From an uncultured Gemmataceae bacterium (GTDB lineage: Bacteria; Planctomycetota; Planctomycetia; Gemmatales; Gemmataceae), in assembly GCA_963750165.1 (NCBI GenBank), contig CAVVPN010000004.1, positions 736,001 to 800,000 on the forward strand: 64,000 bases of DNA, written 5' to 3'. Made by a program: the position numbers and the translations under genes. This document shows positions 20,644-31,342 of this stretch, one piece after another; position 1 is the first letter of the stretch; each line of letters opens with the position of its first letter. The notes below the pieces were generated by a model, which had not been told where the DNA came from, did no database searches, and saw only the letters and a list, made by a program, of their open reading frames with translations.

Positions 20644-21351
20644 ATGCCGCTGCACGATTGGACAGACGAACGGGGCTGGGACAGCGTCCATCCGTTCTGG
20701 TTGGCGTACCTCGTCGAGTGGGTGCAGCCCCGCTTGCCGGAGGGGTATCGGGCGTTCCTCGGGGGCGTGCCTGCCCTGACGGTGGCGACGGGCAACGGCA
20801 AGCCCGACGTCAGCGTTCGCCACTGGGAGCCGCGTCCGCCGACCGAGGCAGTGACAACCGATACTGCCGTCCTGGAACCGGACCTGGAAGCGAGCGTCGT
20901 CGTCCGCCTTGACCCGCAACCGGCCGTCCACGTCGATTTCCACGGGCAACTCATTGCCGCCATTGAGATCGTCTCGCCGCGAAACAAGGACCACCTCGGC
21001 GCGAAGGATACGTATGCCCAGCGCTACCTGGGCTACCTCCGCCTGGGGGTGCATTTGCTGCTCGTCGATGTGCTACCGCGGCCGAAAGACTTCTCGTTCT
21101 CCGACATCATCACGGGCAGCCTGGGGCTCGAATTGCCGCCGCTGCCGGCCCCGTTTGCTGTGGCCTATCGTGTGGACGAGGTCGTCCCGGTCGGGAGCGA
21201 CATGGGCAGCCTCGTGGGCCTCTGGCGCCGTCCGCTGCAGGTCGGCCAACCCCTGCCACCGCTGCCGCTGCCGTTGAGCGTCACTCGGGCCGTCCAGATC
21301 GATCTGGAGCAGACGTACGCACGGGCGGCGAAGCGGGCTTACCTCGATTGA
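20644..21351 (+). CDS. DUF4058 family protein
   Basis: MPLHDWT..W..H..W, AAIEIVSPRNK, HLLLVD, IDLEQTY. Confidence 0.85.
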   Translation: MPLHDWTDERGWDSVHPFWLAYLVEWVQPRLPEGYRAFLGGVPALTVATGNGKPDVSVRHWEPRPPTEAVTTDTAVLEPDLEASVVVRLDPQPAVHVDFHGQLIAAIEIVSPRNKDHLGAKDTYAQRYLGYLRLGVHLLLVDVLPRPKDFSFSDIITGSLGLELPPLPAPFAVAYRVDEVVPVGSDMGSLVGLWRRPLQVGQPLPPLPLPLSVTRAVQIDLEQTYARAAKRAYLD

Positions 21352-21394
21352 GCTGGGGCGTCGATCAGGAGCTCTTGTTGTTCAAAGGGCGCTG

Positions 21395-21545
21395 ATTCTC
21401 GACGTGTGAAAAAGTTGGCGTTCTTGGCGTCCTTGGCGTCCTTGATCGGTCAGGCGGCATCACAAAGTGATACGCCGTGCCAGCCAGGCGTTCATTCTCG
21501 ACGTGTGAAAAAGTTGGCGTTCTTGGCGTTCTTGGCATCCTTGAT
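21395..21545. repeat. Two ~50-bp direct repeats about 100 bp apart
   Basis: ATTCTCGACGTGTGAAAAAGTTGGCGTTCTTGGCGT(C/T)CTTGGC(G/A)TCCTTGAT at ~21395 and ~21494. Confidence 0.85.
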
Positions 21546-21626
21546 TAGACAGCCGTCGCCAGCCAGAGACTCCCAGCGCCAACCCGCCAGGGCAGGCAGA
21601 CGGCGACAGAAGCAGAAAGTCCCCCG

Positions 21627-24600
21627 GTGAAGGATTCCGAACCCTTGTCCGCGTTCCCCCCCACCCCCTGCCCCGTCTGCGACAACCGCCTGGCGGTCTG
21701 CTGGCGCTTCCGCGCCGACGACCGCCACTGCGGCCTGTGCGGCCAGCGCGTGCTGCGGCTGCGCGTCAGCCCCGCGACGCCGGACGGGGCGGTCTGGCTG
21801 TACCTGCACCCGACGGAGGCGCTGCGGTTGCGGCTGACGTGGGAGCGCGGCCCCGACGGCGGCCCGGCGCAAGACCTTCCGCCCCGCGCTCGACCTCGCC
21901 CGCAGTGGCGCCCACTTCACCGACGACCGCCTCGGCAGCCTGGCGTTCGCACTGGAAGAACTGCCCGCGGACAGCCCCGCCGCCGACACGGTGACGGTGC
22001 GACTGCGGCCGCTGTTCGAGGGCCTGGAAGCGCTGACGCTGCCGCCGGCCGGCGTCGCGGGCCAGCTGCACCTCGCCGCCAGCACCGGCACGGAAATCCG
22101 CCCCGCCCTGCTGCTGCCGCCGCCGCAGGAGATCGCGCTGGCCTGCACGGACCCGAGCATCGCGCGTCGCAGCGGTGTCTGGCAAATCTACCAGCGCGGC
22201 CCTGGCGTGCGCGTGCCGATGCGGCTGACGACGCCGGTGCCGCTGTGGGCCGGCGACCTGCGCATCGCCGAGGACAGCGACCCGGACGTGAGTGTCGAGG
22301 GCCTCGGCGACTTCGTGCTGCTGGAGCCACAGCGGCCGCACCCCTTCGCCCTGCGCGTCAACAGCACGCACTGGGCGTCGCAGGCGGCCCACAACTTCAA
22401 GTTCTTCGTCAACCTGGCGACGCTCGGCCCGCTGACGCTGAGCGGCGAAATCGCCCTGCTGGAGGGCAGCAAACTCCTCATCGGCGGCCCGAATCCGCGG
22501 CTGCTGGAAGTGCAACTCGGCCGCAGTTTCGCCACCAGTTTCACGCTGACCGCCAGTGCCGAGGGCGCTGCCGAGGAGGACGGCATCACGCTGGTCGATT
22601 ACACCGTGCTGCGGCAGAGCGGCATCGAGGCGGATGACGAGCCAGACTGGCTGCGCCTGCTGACGCCGGCGCGGGCGGACCTGCCGCTGACGATCCGGCC
22701 GCACGGCCCCGAGCGGCCCGCCGAGCAGTTGGTGCTGGAGGTGAGCACCGGCCGCCTCGACCGCCAGCGCTACGCCGGGGCACTGCTGCGCGGCGCGGTC
22801 GAACTGATCGATTCGCGGCGGCGGCGCTGGACCTGCGAGGTCCACGCCACGGTGACGCGGCCGCCGCGGCTGGGCAGTCCGGTGGCCATCGACTGGGGCA
22901 CGACCAATTCGTGCGCCGCCTACTGCGTCGGCGCTGTTGGCGGCGAGCCGCCGCGCTCGCTGTCGTTCGACGAGGAGCAGCAGCGCGCCCCGAGTCGTTC
23001 CCGTCGGACCTGTACTTCAGCGATCTGGACGACCCGGAAAATCCAGTCTTTTATCTGGGCCACGAGGCCGCCCGGCGGGCGCGCGAGCACCCCGAGTGCT
23101 GCCTGCGCAGCGTCAAGCGCAAGTTCCAGTTCCTCGACCAGGTGTTCGTCATGGACGAGCACCAGCGCGGCCACACCTACCCGATCACGCAGCTGGTCGA
23201 ACTGTTGCTGGAGCGGCTGGTCACGCTCGCCGAGGCCGCCCAGGGCCAGGAGTTGCACACGCTCGGCCTGACGTTTCCGACGAAGTGGTCCGCGCGCGTG
23301 CGGCACAAGTTGGAGGGCGTCACGCAGGCCCTGGCGGCCCGGCTGCAGCGGGCGCGGCAGCCGATCACGGTGCAGGTGCTGCCGCCGCAGATCGACGAGG
23401 CCAACGCCGTCGCCCTCAACCTCATCACCAGCCATCACGGTCGCGCCCTGCCCGACACCTTCCATCTCATCGCCTACGACTTCGGCGGCGGCACCATCGA
23501 CACCTCGGTGCTGGAGGTCCACCTGCCCGACGACCCGGCGGAGCTGCGGACGCGCTACATCGGCATCGGCGGCCGCCATGACTTCGGCGGCGACGACGTG
23601 ACGCGCGCCGTGCTGCTGCTGCTGCACGACCGCCTCACCGGGGCGCTGCAGCGGCGCACCGTCGTGCTGGACGACCTCACACACAAGAGCGCCTGGCTTC
23701 AGGAAATCCCGCTGGTAGCGGACGGCGAGCCGCTGCGCGAGAGCGGCCCGGGAGCGGCGCACCGCTACCAGCTGGGCCGCCGCAACTGGGACGCGCTGTG
23801 GAAGATCGCGGAACTCATCAAGATGGATTTATGCGATGCCGAGGCCGAGCCGGCCCCACCGCCCCCACCGCCGCGGCCCGCGACCGCCGCCCGGCTGACC
23901 GGCCTGGCCGACGACTTCACGCTGACCGTGGACGAGGATTCCAGCTTCGAGTCCGCCATCGCCGACGCCTTCGACCAGGAGCAGACCGGCGCGGCCGAGC
24001 CGGCGGTGTCGCCGGTGACGGATCGGCTGCGGCCGCGGCTGGCGGACCTGCTGTGCCGGGTGCAGATCCAGCCGGGGCCGGCGGAAGGCGGCGCCCCTGT
24101 GGAGGTGCTGTGGACGCTGGACGCCGTGCTCGACCCGCTGGAGGCCGAGGACCGCACCGCTTTCTTCGATGAGCTGCGCTTCACGCTGGACCACGCCTGC
24201 GAGTTCCCGCTGGAGGACCTGCACGGCACCAACCACGGCCAGCGCTACAACGTCCGCCAGCGCGTCGAGGACACCGTGCGCGAGCTGCAATGGCAGTGCG
24301 CCCAGCAGCGGGTGCAGCCGCACATCATCGTGCTGGCCGGCGGCGGCTGCCGGCTGCCGCTGGTGGCGCGGCTGATGCGGCAGTATTTCCCGAGCGACCA
24401 CGACCTGCTGTACTACCAGAAGGAGTTCGCGAAGCGGCGGGTGGCGCACGGCATGGCGAGTTACCTGGCGCTGCGACAGGTGCTGAACCTCGACAGCAGG
24501 TTAGCGCGTTCCGTGGACGTGCTGCACCACCCGCTGGGCTTGCAGAAGATGGTGCGGGCCGACGGTACCCTGCGGCTGGCGTTCGAGGCGGTGGCGCCGC

Positions 24601-24944
24601 TGGGGGCGCGCGTCAACGACCCGGGCGTGTGGCACCCGTTCACGGCGCGGGCGTCGCAGCTGCGCGATGCGGACGGTCAGTTGCGGTTGACGCTGTTCGT
24701 GCAGGACTGGCGTGGCGGCCCGCAGGAATTCGGCGTCTGCGACCTAACGCGGCCGGCGGCGACCGCGGAGCCGGGCTGGGCGGCCGGGCCGCTGCCGTTC
24801 GCGGACGGGGCGACGTACCAGGGCGGCCTGCGGCTGTGCGGCGTGCAGCGTGTCGAGGTGCGGCTGTCGCTCGGCGATGCCACTTACGGCCCCTTTGTGG
24901 CGGCGCCGACTGGGGGCGACCCGGAGGCGCTGTTGCAGAGCTAG
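21627..24944 (+). CDS. Large Hsp70/actin-fold ATPase with N-terminal Zn ribbon and beta-rich Ig-like region; frameshifts ~21865 and ~22990
   Basis: Three consecutive frames join into ~1100 aa: CPVC..C..CGLCG; VAIDWGTTNS; DEANAVA; AYDFGGGTID; GGDDVT; AELIKMDL; IVLAGGGCRLP; VAHGMA. Confidence 0.85.
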
Positions 24945-25052
24945 CGCTTCGGGGTAGCGGAAGTCGCCAGACTTCCGCTTCAAAAAGGTTGGTAAAGCAA
25001 GGATTCCCGCCCGGTGGTATCATGCGGGGTAGTGGGTGACGCAACCTGGGAG

Positions 25053-26001
25053 CATGAACATGAGTATGACGAGCGAACAGGTCAGCTCCGCGAACGGGGT
25101 GAAGGCGGCACGGACCGTCTTCGTGTCCTCCCCCGCCCGAACGGACACGTCCGTTATCCGCCGGGTGCTGGAGGGGGAAGGCATCCGCGTGCTGGAGTCG
25201 GAACTGCTGGAACCGGGCCAGCTCATCCGCGAGTCACTGATCGAAGGGATACAGAAGGCCGACGCGGTGATCGCAGTGCTCGGCGACCGGAATGCGAACT
25301 CGCCCGTCTTCTATGAGTTGGGCATCGCGGATGCGATGGCAAAGCCCGTCCTGGTCGTCTCCGCGGATGCCCTCGACCCGGCCAATGACGTCGCCCTCTA
25401 CCCCTACATCCGCGCCCGTCACGACGACGAGGAAGCCCTGCGGTTCGGCCTCGTTCACTTCCTCCGCGCACCGCACCACGGCGTGAAGCCCGAGCGGGAT
25501 TACACAGCCGTGACGAAACCGATCGGGGCGGTGGTGGACGGCCTGCTCGCGCGGGTGCGGGCGGATGAGCGCATCATGCATGACGAACTGGTCAGCATCA
25601 TCGCCGTGGCGATCCAAGAAAGCGGCGTCGCTGCGCAGGCGGCCGTGTCCAGGCGGCCCGCCGGCGAGGAGATACCAGCCGACATCGCGGTGTGGTCGGA
25701 TGAGCTGACGTCGTTCGTCGGCAACCCGCTACCCATCGAGATCCGCTCGTCGTTGGTGACGCAGAGCGACACGGAGGCGGCGGCGCAGACCATCATGCGG
25801 GCGATGATCGGGGCGCGGGCCCGGTGGGGCCTGATCCTGTACCGGAAGGCGACGCCGGACGCACTCCACGCCCTGAACAAGTTCCCCGTGTTGGCGATGT
25901 CCATCGAGGACTTCCTGGAGGGGCTGCGGACGCGGTCCTTCGCCAGGATCGTCACCGACTTGCGGAACCGGACCGTGCACGGGGTGCGGTTCGATGGCTA
26001 A
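25053..26001 (+). CDS. TIR/nucleoside-deoxyribosyltransferase-like domain fused to PD-(D/E)xK-like C-terminal domain
   Basis: VFVSS...IQKADAVIAV...VFYELGIADAMAKPVLVV; C-terminal ADIAVW...PIEIR; start ambiguous (25036-25066). Confidence 0.7.
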
Positions 26002-26643
26002 GGCGTGCAGAAGGAAATAATTCGTCCGATGTACATCTGCTCCGCCGGCGAAGTCCAGGTTGGGCGGGCGCTTTCTGGCCAAGTTGGACGAATTATTTTC
26101 TTCCGTTCGCCTAAGTTCTCGCAGAAGAAGATCAAGGACCATTTCGCCAAGTCCGACGCGGCAACCACGAAGGCGGAGAAAGGGAAGCACCTTGAAGATC
26201 TGGCCGTCTACCTGTTCGAGATGGTCCCGGGCATCAGCCTGTCCGCCCGGGACAAGAAGAATGCCTACGAAACCGAAGAGATCGACGTGGCGTTCTGGAA
26301 CGAGCAGCACGCCAAGGGTTTCAAGGCGCTGAACTTCCTCATCCTGGTCGAGTGCAAGAACTGGTCGTCGCCTGTCGGTAGTATGGAGGTGAACTGGTTC
26401 CTCACAAAGATCAGGAACCGATCCCTGGACTTCGGCATCCTCCTCGCGGCCAATGGGATCACCGGGAGTGACGAAGACAAGAAGCAGGCACATGACGTGA
26501 TCTCCAAAGCCCTCACGGACGGCGTTCGCATGATCCTGCTGACCCGCGCCGAGATCGAGGCGCTGACCGACGGCGACGAGTTGGTCAAAATGGTGAAGCG
26601 GAAACTCTGCGAGTTGGTCGTGTCGGGTACCGTCTGGTCGTGA
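25994..26643 (+). CDS. Mrr-like restriction endonuclease, 5' end interrupted by a MITE
   Basis: KGKHLEDL..EEIDV..LVECKNW; removing 26002-26114 restores ATG GCT AAG TTC (MAKFSQKKI), overlapping the upstream stop. Confidence 0.85.
26002..26111. mobile_element. 110-bp MITE / internally deleted IS
   Basis: 26-bp imperfect TIRs GGCGTGCAGAAGGAAATAATTCGTCC / GGACGAATTATTTTCTTCCGTTCGCC, flanked by TAA duplication (25999-26001, 26112-26114). Confidence 0.88.
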
Positions 26644-26659
26644 CGTGTCGGGGGAGAAC

Positions 26660-26917
26660 ATGAAGACCCGTATTGTGGTGATCGGCAACTCGCAGGGCAT
26701 TCGCATCCCGAAGCCGCTGCTCGAACAGACGGGCCTGTCCGGGGAGGTCGAGATCAGCGCGGAGGACGGCACCCTGGTGATCCGGCCCGTCAAAAAGCCG
26801 CGGGCCGGCTGGGCGGTGGCCCTCCAGCAGATGGCACAGCGCGGCGACGACGCCCTGCTTGACGAAGCGCCGCCGGGTTTGACTGCCTGGGACGAGGGCG
26901 AGTGGGAATGGCGATAA
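26660..26917 (+). CDS. mazE: AbrB/MazE antitoxin
   Basis: IGNSQGIRIPK; upstream of PemK toxin. Confidence 0.92.
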   Translation: MKTRIVVIGNSQGIRIPKPLLEQTGLSGEVEISAEDGTLVIRPVKKPRAGWAVALQQMAQRGDDALLDEAPPGLTAWDEGEWEWR

Positions 26918-27231
26918 ACCGTTTCGAGGTCTACCTGATCAACCTCGACCCGACGGTCGGCAGCGAGATCAAGAAGACGCGGCCCTGCCTGGTCGTTTCG
27001 CCGGACGAGATCAACCACAACATCCGCACGGTGATCGTGGCGCCGATGACGACCAGGGGACAACCTTACCCGACGCGGGTGCCCTGCCGGTTCAAGGGGA
27101 AGGACGGCCAAGTGGTGCTCGACCAGATCCGGGCGGTGGATCGGTTGCGGTTGGTCAAGAAACTGGGGAGGATTGACGCCAGGACGGCGACGGCGGTGCT
27201 CGATGTCCTTCAGGAGATGTTCGCGCCTTGA
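26908..27231 (+). CDS. mazF: PemK/MazF toxin
   Basis: LDPTVGSEIKKTRPCLVVS, DQIRAVD. Confidence 0.93.
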   Translation: MAINRFEVYLINLDPTVGSEIKKTRPCLVVSPDEINHNIRTVIVAPMTTRGQPYPTRVPCRFKGKDGQVVLDQIRAVDRLRLVKKLGRIDARTATAVLDVLQEMFAP

Positions 27232-27423
27232 GCGAGAGAACTATCCCGAATCAGCCGCAAATGCCTGTCCGGTGTAGCTGGTCAGGAATTTCTTGTTTCT
27301 TCGTTGCCCGGTCCTGTACCGTGGGGAGGTTCAGATCGTGGTCGCGGCAGATTCGTGGAGCGGGAAGAAGTAGGTTGTGATGTTTGCAGCGCGGACCTCG
27401 AATTTTCATTGCAAGGAGTTACC

Positions 27424-29553
27424 ATGTCGAAATCCTCTGCGGTCGTGAGCTTCGTTCAACACCTAGCTCTCGCCCTGGCAGTCGTGCTGCCGTTGACGGC
27501 GCCCCTGGCAAACGCGGGGGAAACGAAGCTGCGAACCAAGCTTCTGGATACGTTCGAACAGGGGCACGGCAGCGTAGACCCATTTCTGCCCTCCAGCGTC
27601 GCATCGTTGGCCTTGAGTCCTGACGGAACGCTGCTGGCGACTGGGGGCGGTGATAAGACCGTCAAGTTGTGGGACGTGGCCAGGCGGCGCGTCATCGCCA
27701 CCTTGCGTGGACACGCCGCACGGGTCCGCCTGGTGGCCTTTTCCGCCGATGGCAAGACGCTCTTTTCCGCAAGTAATGTCGAAGAAAAAATCCAAAAAAA
27801 AACAAGGCTGGTCGGAATGCTCAAGCTGTGGGACGTGGCAACCGGAAAAAACTTGGCCACGTTGGAATACCCTGATGGTCACGTATCTGGGCTTGCCGGC
27901 AGCCCTGACGGTACGCATTTCGCTGTCGCAACGGGAGGCACGATCGAAATCGTGGACTTTGCCACCCGCAAGCCAATCGCTTCTTTGGGCAAGAAAAAAG
28001 ACCTAAATGCCTTTAATGGCAGTGGTGGTCCAATCGCCTTCAGCTCGGACGGTAAGACCCTGGTCGCTGGTCCCTTTGGGCTCGGGAACAACGTCAAGGT
28101 ATGGGACGTGGCCGGCCGCGAGCTGAAGGCGGATCTCCGCATCGATAACGGTGGCGCAGAGTGGACACTTTCGCTGGCCCTGAGTCCGGACGGCAAGAGC
28201 GTGGTTGCGACGCGGCCTCTTTGCATCGAGGTCTGGGATGTGGCCACCGGCAAACAAAAGCAAAAAAAGGACTTCCATGACAAGAGAGAAGAGCGCGTGA
28301 GAGGCCTTTATGTCGGCGCCGTCCTCGCCAACGACGGCAAGACTCTGGTCGGTTTCAGCCGGCCCGTAGATCGCCCACGGAAGGTCATTTTCTGGGACGT
28401 GGCCAGCCAAAAAATAACCGCCGAGTTGGATGGTGACGTCGATATCTACACGGGTGTCGCTGTCAGCAGGGATGGCAAGACGATTGCAGGCGTGAATCAT
28501 TCGAACGACGAGATCAAGGGTGAAATCGTGCAGGTGTGGGACGTGGCCCGTGCAAAACGGACGGCCCGGATGGTCGGGCGCACGTGGTACGGGGCCAGGG
28601 GTTTGTTCTTTCGCCCGGATGGCAAGGTCCTGGTGTCCACGCACGACCCCTTCTCTTTTTTCTGGGAAGTGCCCACGGGCAAGAACTTGCTCAGCTTTCC
28701 CCCCGGCCTGACCGGCGTCGCCTTCGCTTCGGACAACAAGACCTTTTTCTGCTCCGCGGGCGGCCTGAGCCGGAGCAGCCATCTTGAGCTCCACGAGTTA
28801 GCCACCGGCGAAGAACTGCGGCTGGATGAGTACATCCTGAGCCACAAAGGCATGATCCAGTGCATGGCGTCAACCCACGACGGCAAAACCCTGGCCACCG
28901 GCTCGGATGACAAGACGATCCGCATCTGGGACGTGGCCGGGCTCAAGAAGAAGAAACGCCAAGGCGATGAGGTGCTCGCCGGGTTCAAGACGGTGCAGAT
29001 TCTCACAGGCCACGCTGACGAAGTCCGTTTTGTGACCTTCAGTAAAGATGGCAAGCGGCTGGCCTCGGCGAGCACAGCGGGAGATTTCAAGCTGTGGGAC
29101 GTCGCCTCGGGCAAGGAGCTGAGCACCCTCCTTCTGGTCGAGCCGGGGAAAGAGAAAGCGGATGTTGGGGTTGGAGAGGGACGAGGCTCTCCCGTGGCGA
29201 TCAGTCGTGACTTCAAGACCGTGGCTCTGGGTACGCGGACGGGTGAGGTCAAGTTGTGGGACGTGGGCAGCGGCAAGATCCTGGCCAAGCACCAGGTCCT
29301 CAAGGGCCAGGCCGTGACGGCGCTCGCCTTGAGTCCGGACGGCAAGACGCTGGCCACTGCCGGCGGCGACAGCACGATCCAGCTGTGGGACGTGGCCAGC
29401 GGCAAGAGCCTGGCTTCGCTCAAGGCGCACACGGCCGTCGTTCACTGCCTTGTGTGGAGCCCAACGGACCCCATCCTCGCTTCGGCCGGCGCCAATGCGG
29501 ATGCCACCATCAATCTCTGGGAAATCGTCCGTCCGGAAACAGCGGACAAGTGA
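27424..29553 (+). CDS. Secreted WD40-repeat protein
   Basis: Signal peptide; many SPDG..LAT.G.D.T.KLWDVA repeats. Confidence 0.92.
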   Translation: MSKSSAVVSFVQHLALALAVVLPLTAPLANAGETKLRTKLLDTFEQGHGSVDPFLPSSVASLALSPDGTLLATGGGDKTVKLWDVARRRVIATLRGHAARVRLVAFSADGKTLFSASNVEEKIQKKTRLVGMLKLWDVATGKNLATLEYPDGHVSGLAGSPDGTHFAVATGGTIEIVDFATRKPIASLGKKKDLNAFNGSGGPIAFSSDGKTLVAGPFGLGNNVKVWDVAGRELKADLRIDNGGAEWTLSLALSPDGKSVVATRPLCIEVWDVATGKQKQKKDFHDKREERVRGLYVGAVLANDGKTLVGFSRPVDRPRKVIFWDVASQKITAELDGDVDIYTGVAVSRDGKTIAGVNHSNDEIKGEIVQVWDVARAKRTARMVGRTWYGARGLFFRPDGKVLVSTHDPFSFFWEVPTGKNLLSFPPGLTGVAFASDNKTFFCSAGGLSRSSHLELHELATGEELRLDEYILSHKGMIQCMASTHDGKTLATGSDDKTIRIWDVAGLKKKKRQGDEVLAGFKTVQILTGHADEVRFVTFSKDGKRLASASTAGDFKLWDVASGKELSTLLLVEPGKEKADVGVGEGRGSPVAISRDFKTVALGTRTGEVKLWDVGSGKILAKHQVLKGQAVTALALSPDGKTLATAGGDSTIQLWDVASGKSLASLKAHTAVVHCLVWSPTDPILASAGANADATINLWEIVRPETADK

Positions 29554-29738
29554 ATCCGTCGAGCGGAACAATCTTCGTAGTCGTGTCTGAAACAAGTCAG
29601 CATCCATGCTGATAAACGGGACGCGGACCGTTTCGGCGCGGCAACCGCAACCAGGGCCGAACCGGGAAACAAAGGGGTCAGCGTAGATTATCGAGCTTTC
29701 CCCAAAGAGTGTTGAAGTCGAGGGTGAGGAGTGCAGAT

Positions 29739-29835
29739 TCCGAACCAACCGCTGCAGCAGACCCGCCCCCCCATTGAGGTGTTGGAGATGTTCAGGTCAC
29801 TCAGGGGGGCGGGCTGCTGAGCTATGGCGTTCGGC
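29739..29835 (+). other. Integron attC recombination site
   Basis: R'' CCGAAC, 5-nt spacer, L'' GCTGCAGC ... L' GCTGAGC, 6-nt spacer, R' GTTCGG; arms GCTGCAGCAGACCCGCCCCCC / GGGGGGCGGGCTGCTGAGC pair with extrahelical G and A. Confidence 0.8.
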
Positions 29836-29952
29836 TACGCTATCAACGTGTGTCGAGATGCGAGTTGCTGGGTAGGAGAAAGGGCGCATTCAACAATTAA
29901 GAATCGGAAATGGTTAAGACTTCAGAAGTGCTCACACGAGGAGAATTCCGTC

Positions 29953-30159
29953 ATGACCTTCAAGACCGTGGAAGGCGTGCTTCATCCGGACGGCACGCTG
30001 GCCTTGCCGAAGGAGGAGTTACCGGACCATGCCGTGCGCGTCATGGTGACACTCCTGGAGGCGACCGATGACGTCGCACTGGCCGAGGTGGGCGATTACC
30101 ACGAGCAGCTCAGGGATTACGAAGAGCGATTGGCTCGGGGAGAAGTCCGGTGGCAGTGA
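29953..30159 (+). CDS. Small putative antitoxin
   Basis: 68 aa, overlaps the downstream MazF start. Confidence 0.65.
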   Translation: MTFKTVEGVLHPDGTLALPKEELPDHAVRVMVTLLEATDDVALAEVGDYHEQLRDYEERLARGEVRWQ

Positions 30160-30489
30160 AGCGCGGTGAAGTCTGGCAGGCGGATCTGTCGCCCACGCGC
30201 GGCACCGAACAATCGGGGGTCCGCCCCGTGCTGGTCGTGCAAACAGACCGGGCCAACCCGCACAGCCCCCACACCATCATCATTCCGTTCACGACACGCG
30301 TGCGAGTGAAACTTCTGCCCAGTCACGTCCTCGTCCCTGCCGGGGAAGGGGGTCTGACGCAGGACTCGGTGGCGCTGGCCGAGCAAATCCGGGTGGTTGA
30401 CCACGGCCGCCTCCTCAAGCACCTCGGCGATCTGTCGGCCACGCGGGTGCAGGAAGTGGACGACGCACTCCGCGATCCTCGACCTGTAA
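30150..30489 (+). CDS. mazF: Second PemK/MazF toxin; probable indel ~30473
   Basis: RGEVWQADL.PTRGTEQSGVRPVLVVQ, AEQIRVVD; a frame switch gives a typical ...ILDL* end at 30489. Confidence 0.88.
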
Positions 30490-30589
30490 GAAAATCAAAG
30501 AGAAAGCAAAAAGAGATCAGGTTTAGTTTACTGAAGTGAATTGGGGATAAAAAAGGGAGAAAAAAGGGGACGAGCACGAATGGGGACGG

Positions 30590-30651
30590 AAAAAGGCGAC
30601 GGGCACGTTTGTTTGTCTCAATTGTCCAAATGTGCCCGTCCCCCCCTTTTC
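30590..30651. repeat. Imperfect inverted repeat (GACGGGCAC type)
   Basis: AAAAAGGCGACGGGCACGTTT ... AAATGTGCCCGTCCCCCCTTTT. Confidence 0.6.
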
Positions 30652-30756
30652 CGCCCTTCGGAAGGGTTTGAGGAGGCGGGTAGGGCTTGCTTGGGCGTTT
30701 GACAGCCCTTCCCCTGGCCTGGACAATTCAATGTCATCGCCCGGGGAGACCATCCG

Positions 30757-30969
30757 ATGACCCCTGCACACCGCGTCGAAACCGTCCTCTCGGAAGCCGG
30801 CAAGCTGTCGCTCGACCGGCTCCCCTTCCGGGCCGGCCAGGCGGTCGAGGTGATCGTCCTGCCAGCGCCGGCCCCGGCGCCTGCTAGCCAGCCGCTCCGC
30901 GGCACACTCCTCCGCTACGACCGGCCAACCGAGCCGGCCGCCGAGGCTGACTGGGACGCCCTCCGGTGA
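30757..30969 (+). CDS. Small putative antitoxin of PIN pair
   Basis: LPFRAGQAVEVIVL...DWDAL; GTGA overlap with the PIN fragment. Confidence 0.7.
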   Translation: MTPAHRVETVLSEAGKLSLDRLPFRAGQAVEVIVLPAPAPAPASQPLRGTLLRYDRPTEPAAEADWDALR

Positions 30970-31060
30970 TCATCCTGGACACTCACATTTGGGTCTGGTG
31001 GGTGGACGGCGGTGCCCAGCTGCCCGCCGACTACGCCGCGCTGCTCCAGGCGCCTGCCGA
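30966..31060 (+). pseudogene. Truncated PIN/VapC toxin
   Basis: MIILDTHIWVWW PIN N-terminus; similarity lost after ~28 codons. Confidence 0.7.
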
Positions 31061-31132
31061 ATTCAGTTCGATGGCCAGAACCCGGCTCGTTATAATGACG
31101 TGTGGTGTCCTGGAGTTCACAGGGAGAAGGCC

Positions 31133-31342
31133 ATGTCGCTTGTCGAGGTTTTGCCGGAGGTCCAGTCGCTTTCGCGGCTCGACAAACTTCGCCTGATCCA
31201 GTTCCTTGCCCGGGAACTCGAACGGGACGACGGCGACCTGATCGAACCGGGCCGCTCCTATCCCGTCTGGTCGCCTGATCGCGCTTTCGCCGCCGCCGCC
31301 GCCCTCCTGCAAGCACTGGAGGAGGACAGAGGTAAATCATGA
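31133..31342 (+). CDS. Small hypothetical protein coupled to aspartyl protease
   Basis: LSRLDKLRLIQFLARELE; ATGA overlap. Confidence 0.7.
   Translation: MSLVEVLPEVQSLSRLDKLRLIQFLARELERDDGDLIEPGRSYPVWSPDRAFAAAAALLQALEEDRGKS

Noticed and set aside
21395..21545. Possible mini-CRISPR
   Set aside because: Only two ~50-bp units with internal sub-repeats and no cas genes.
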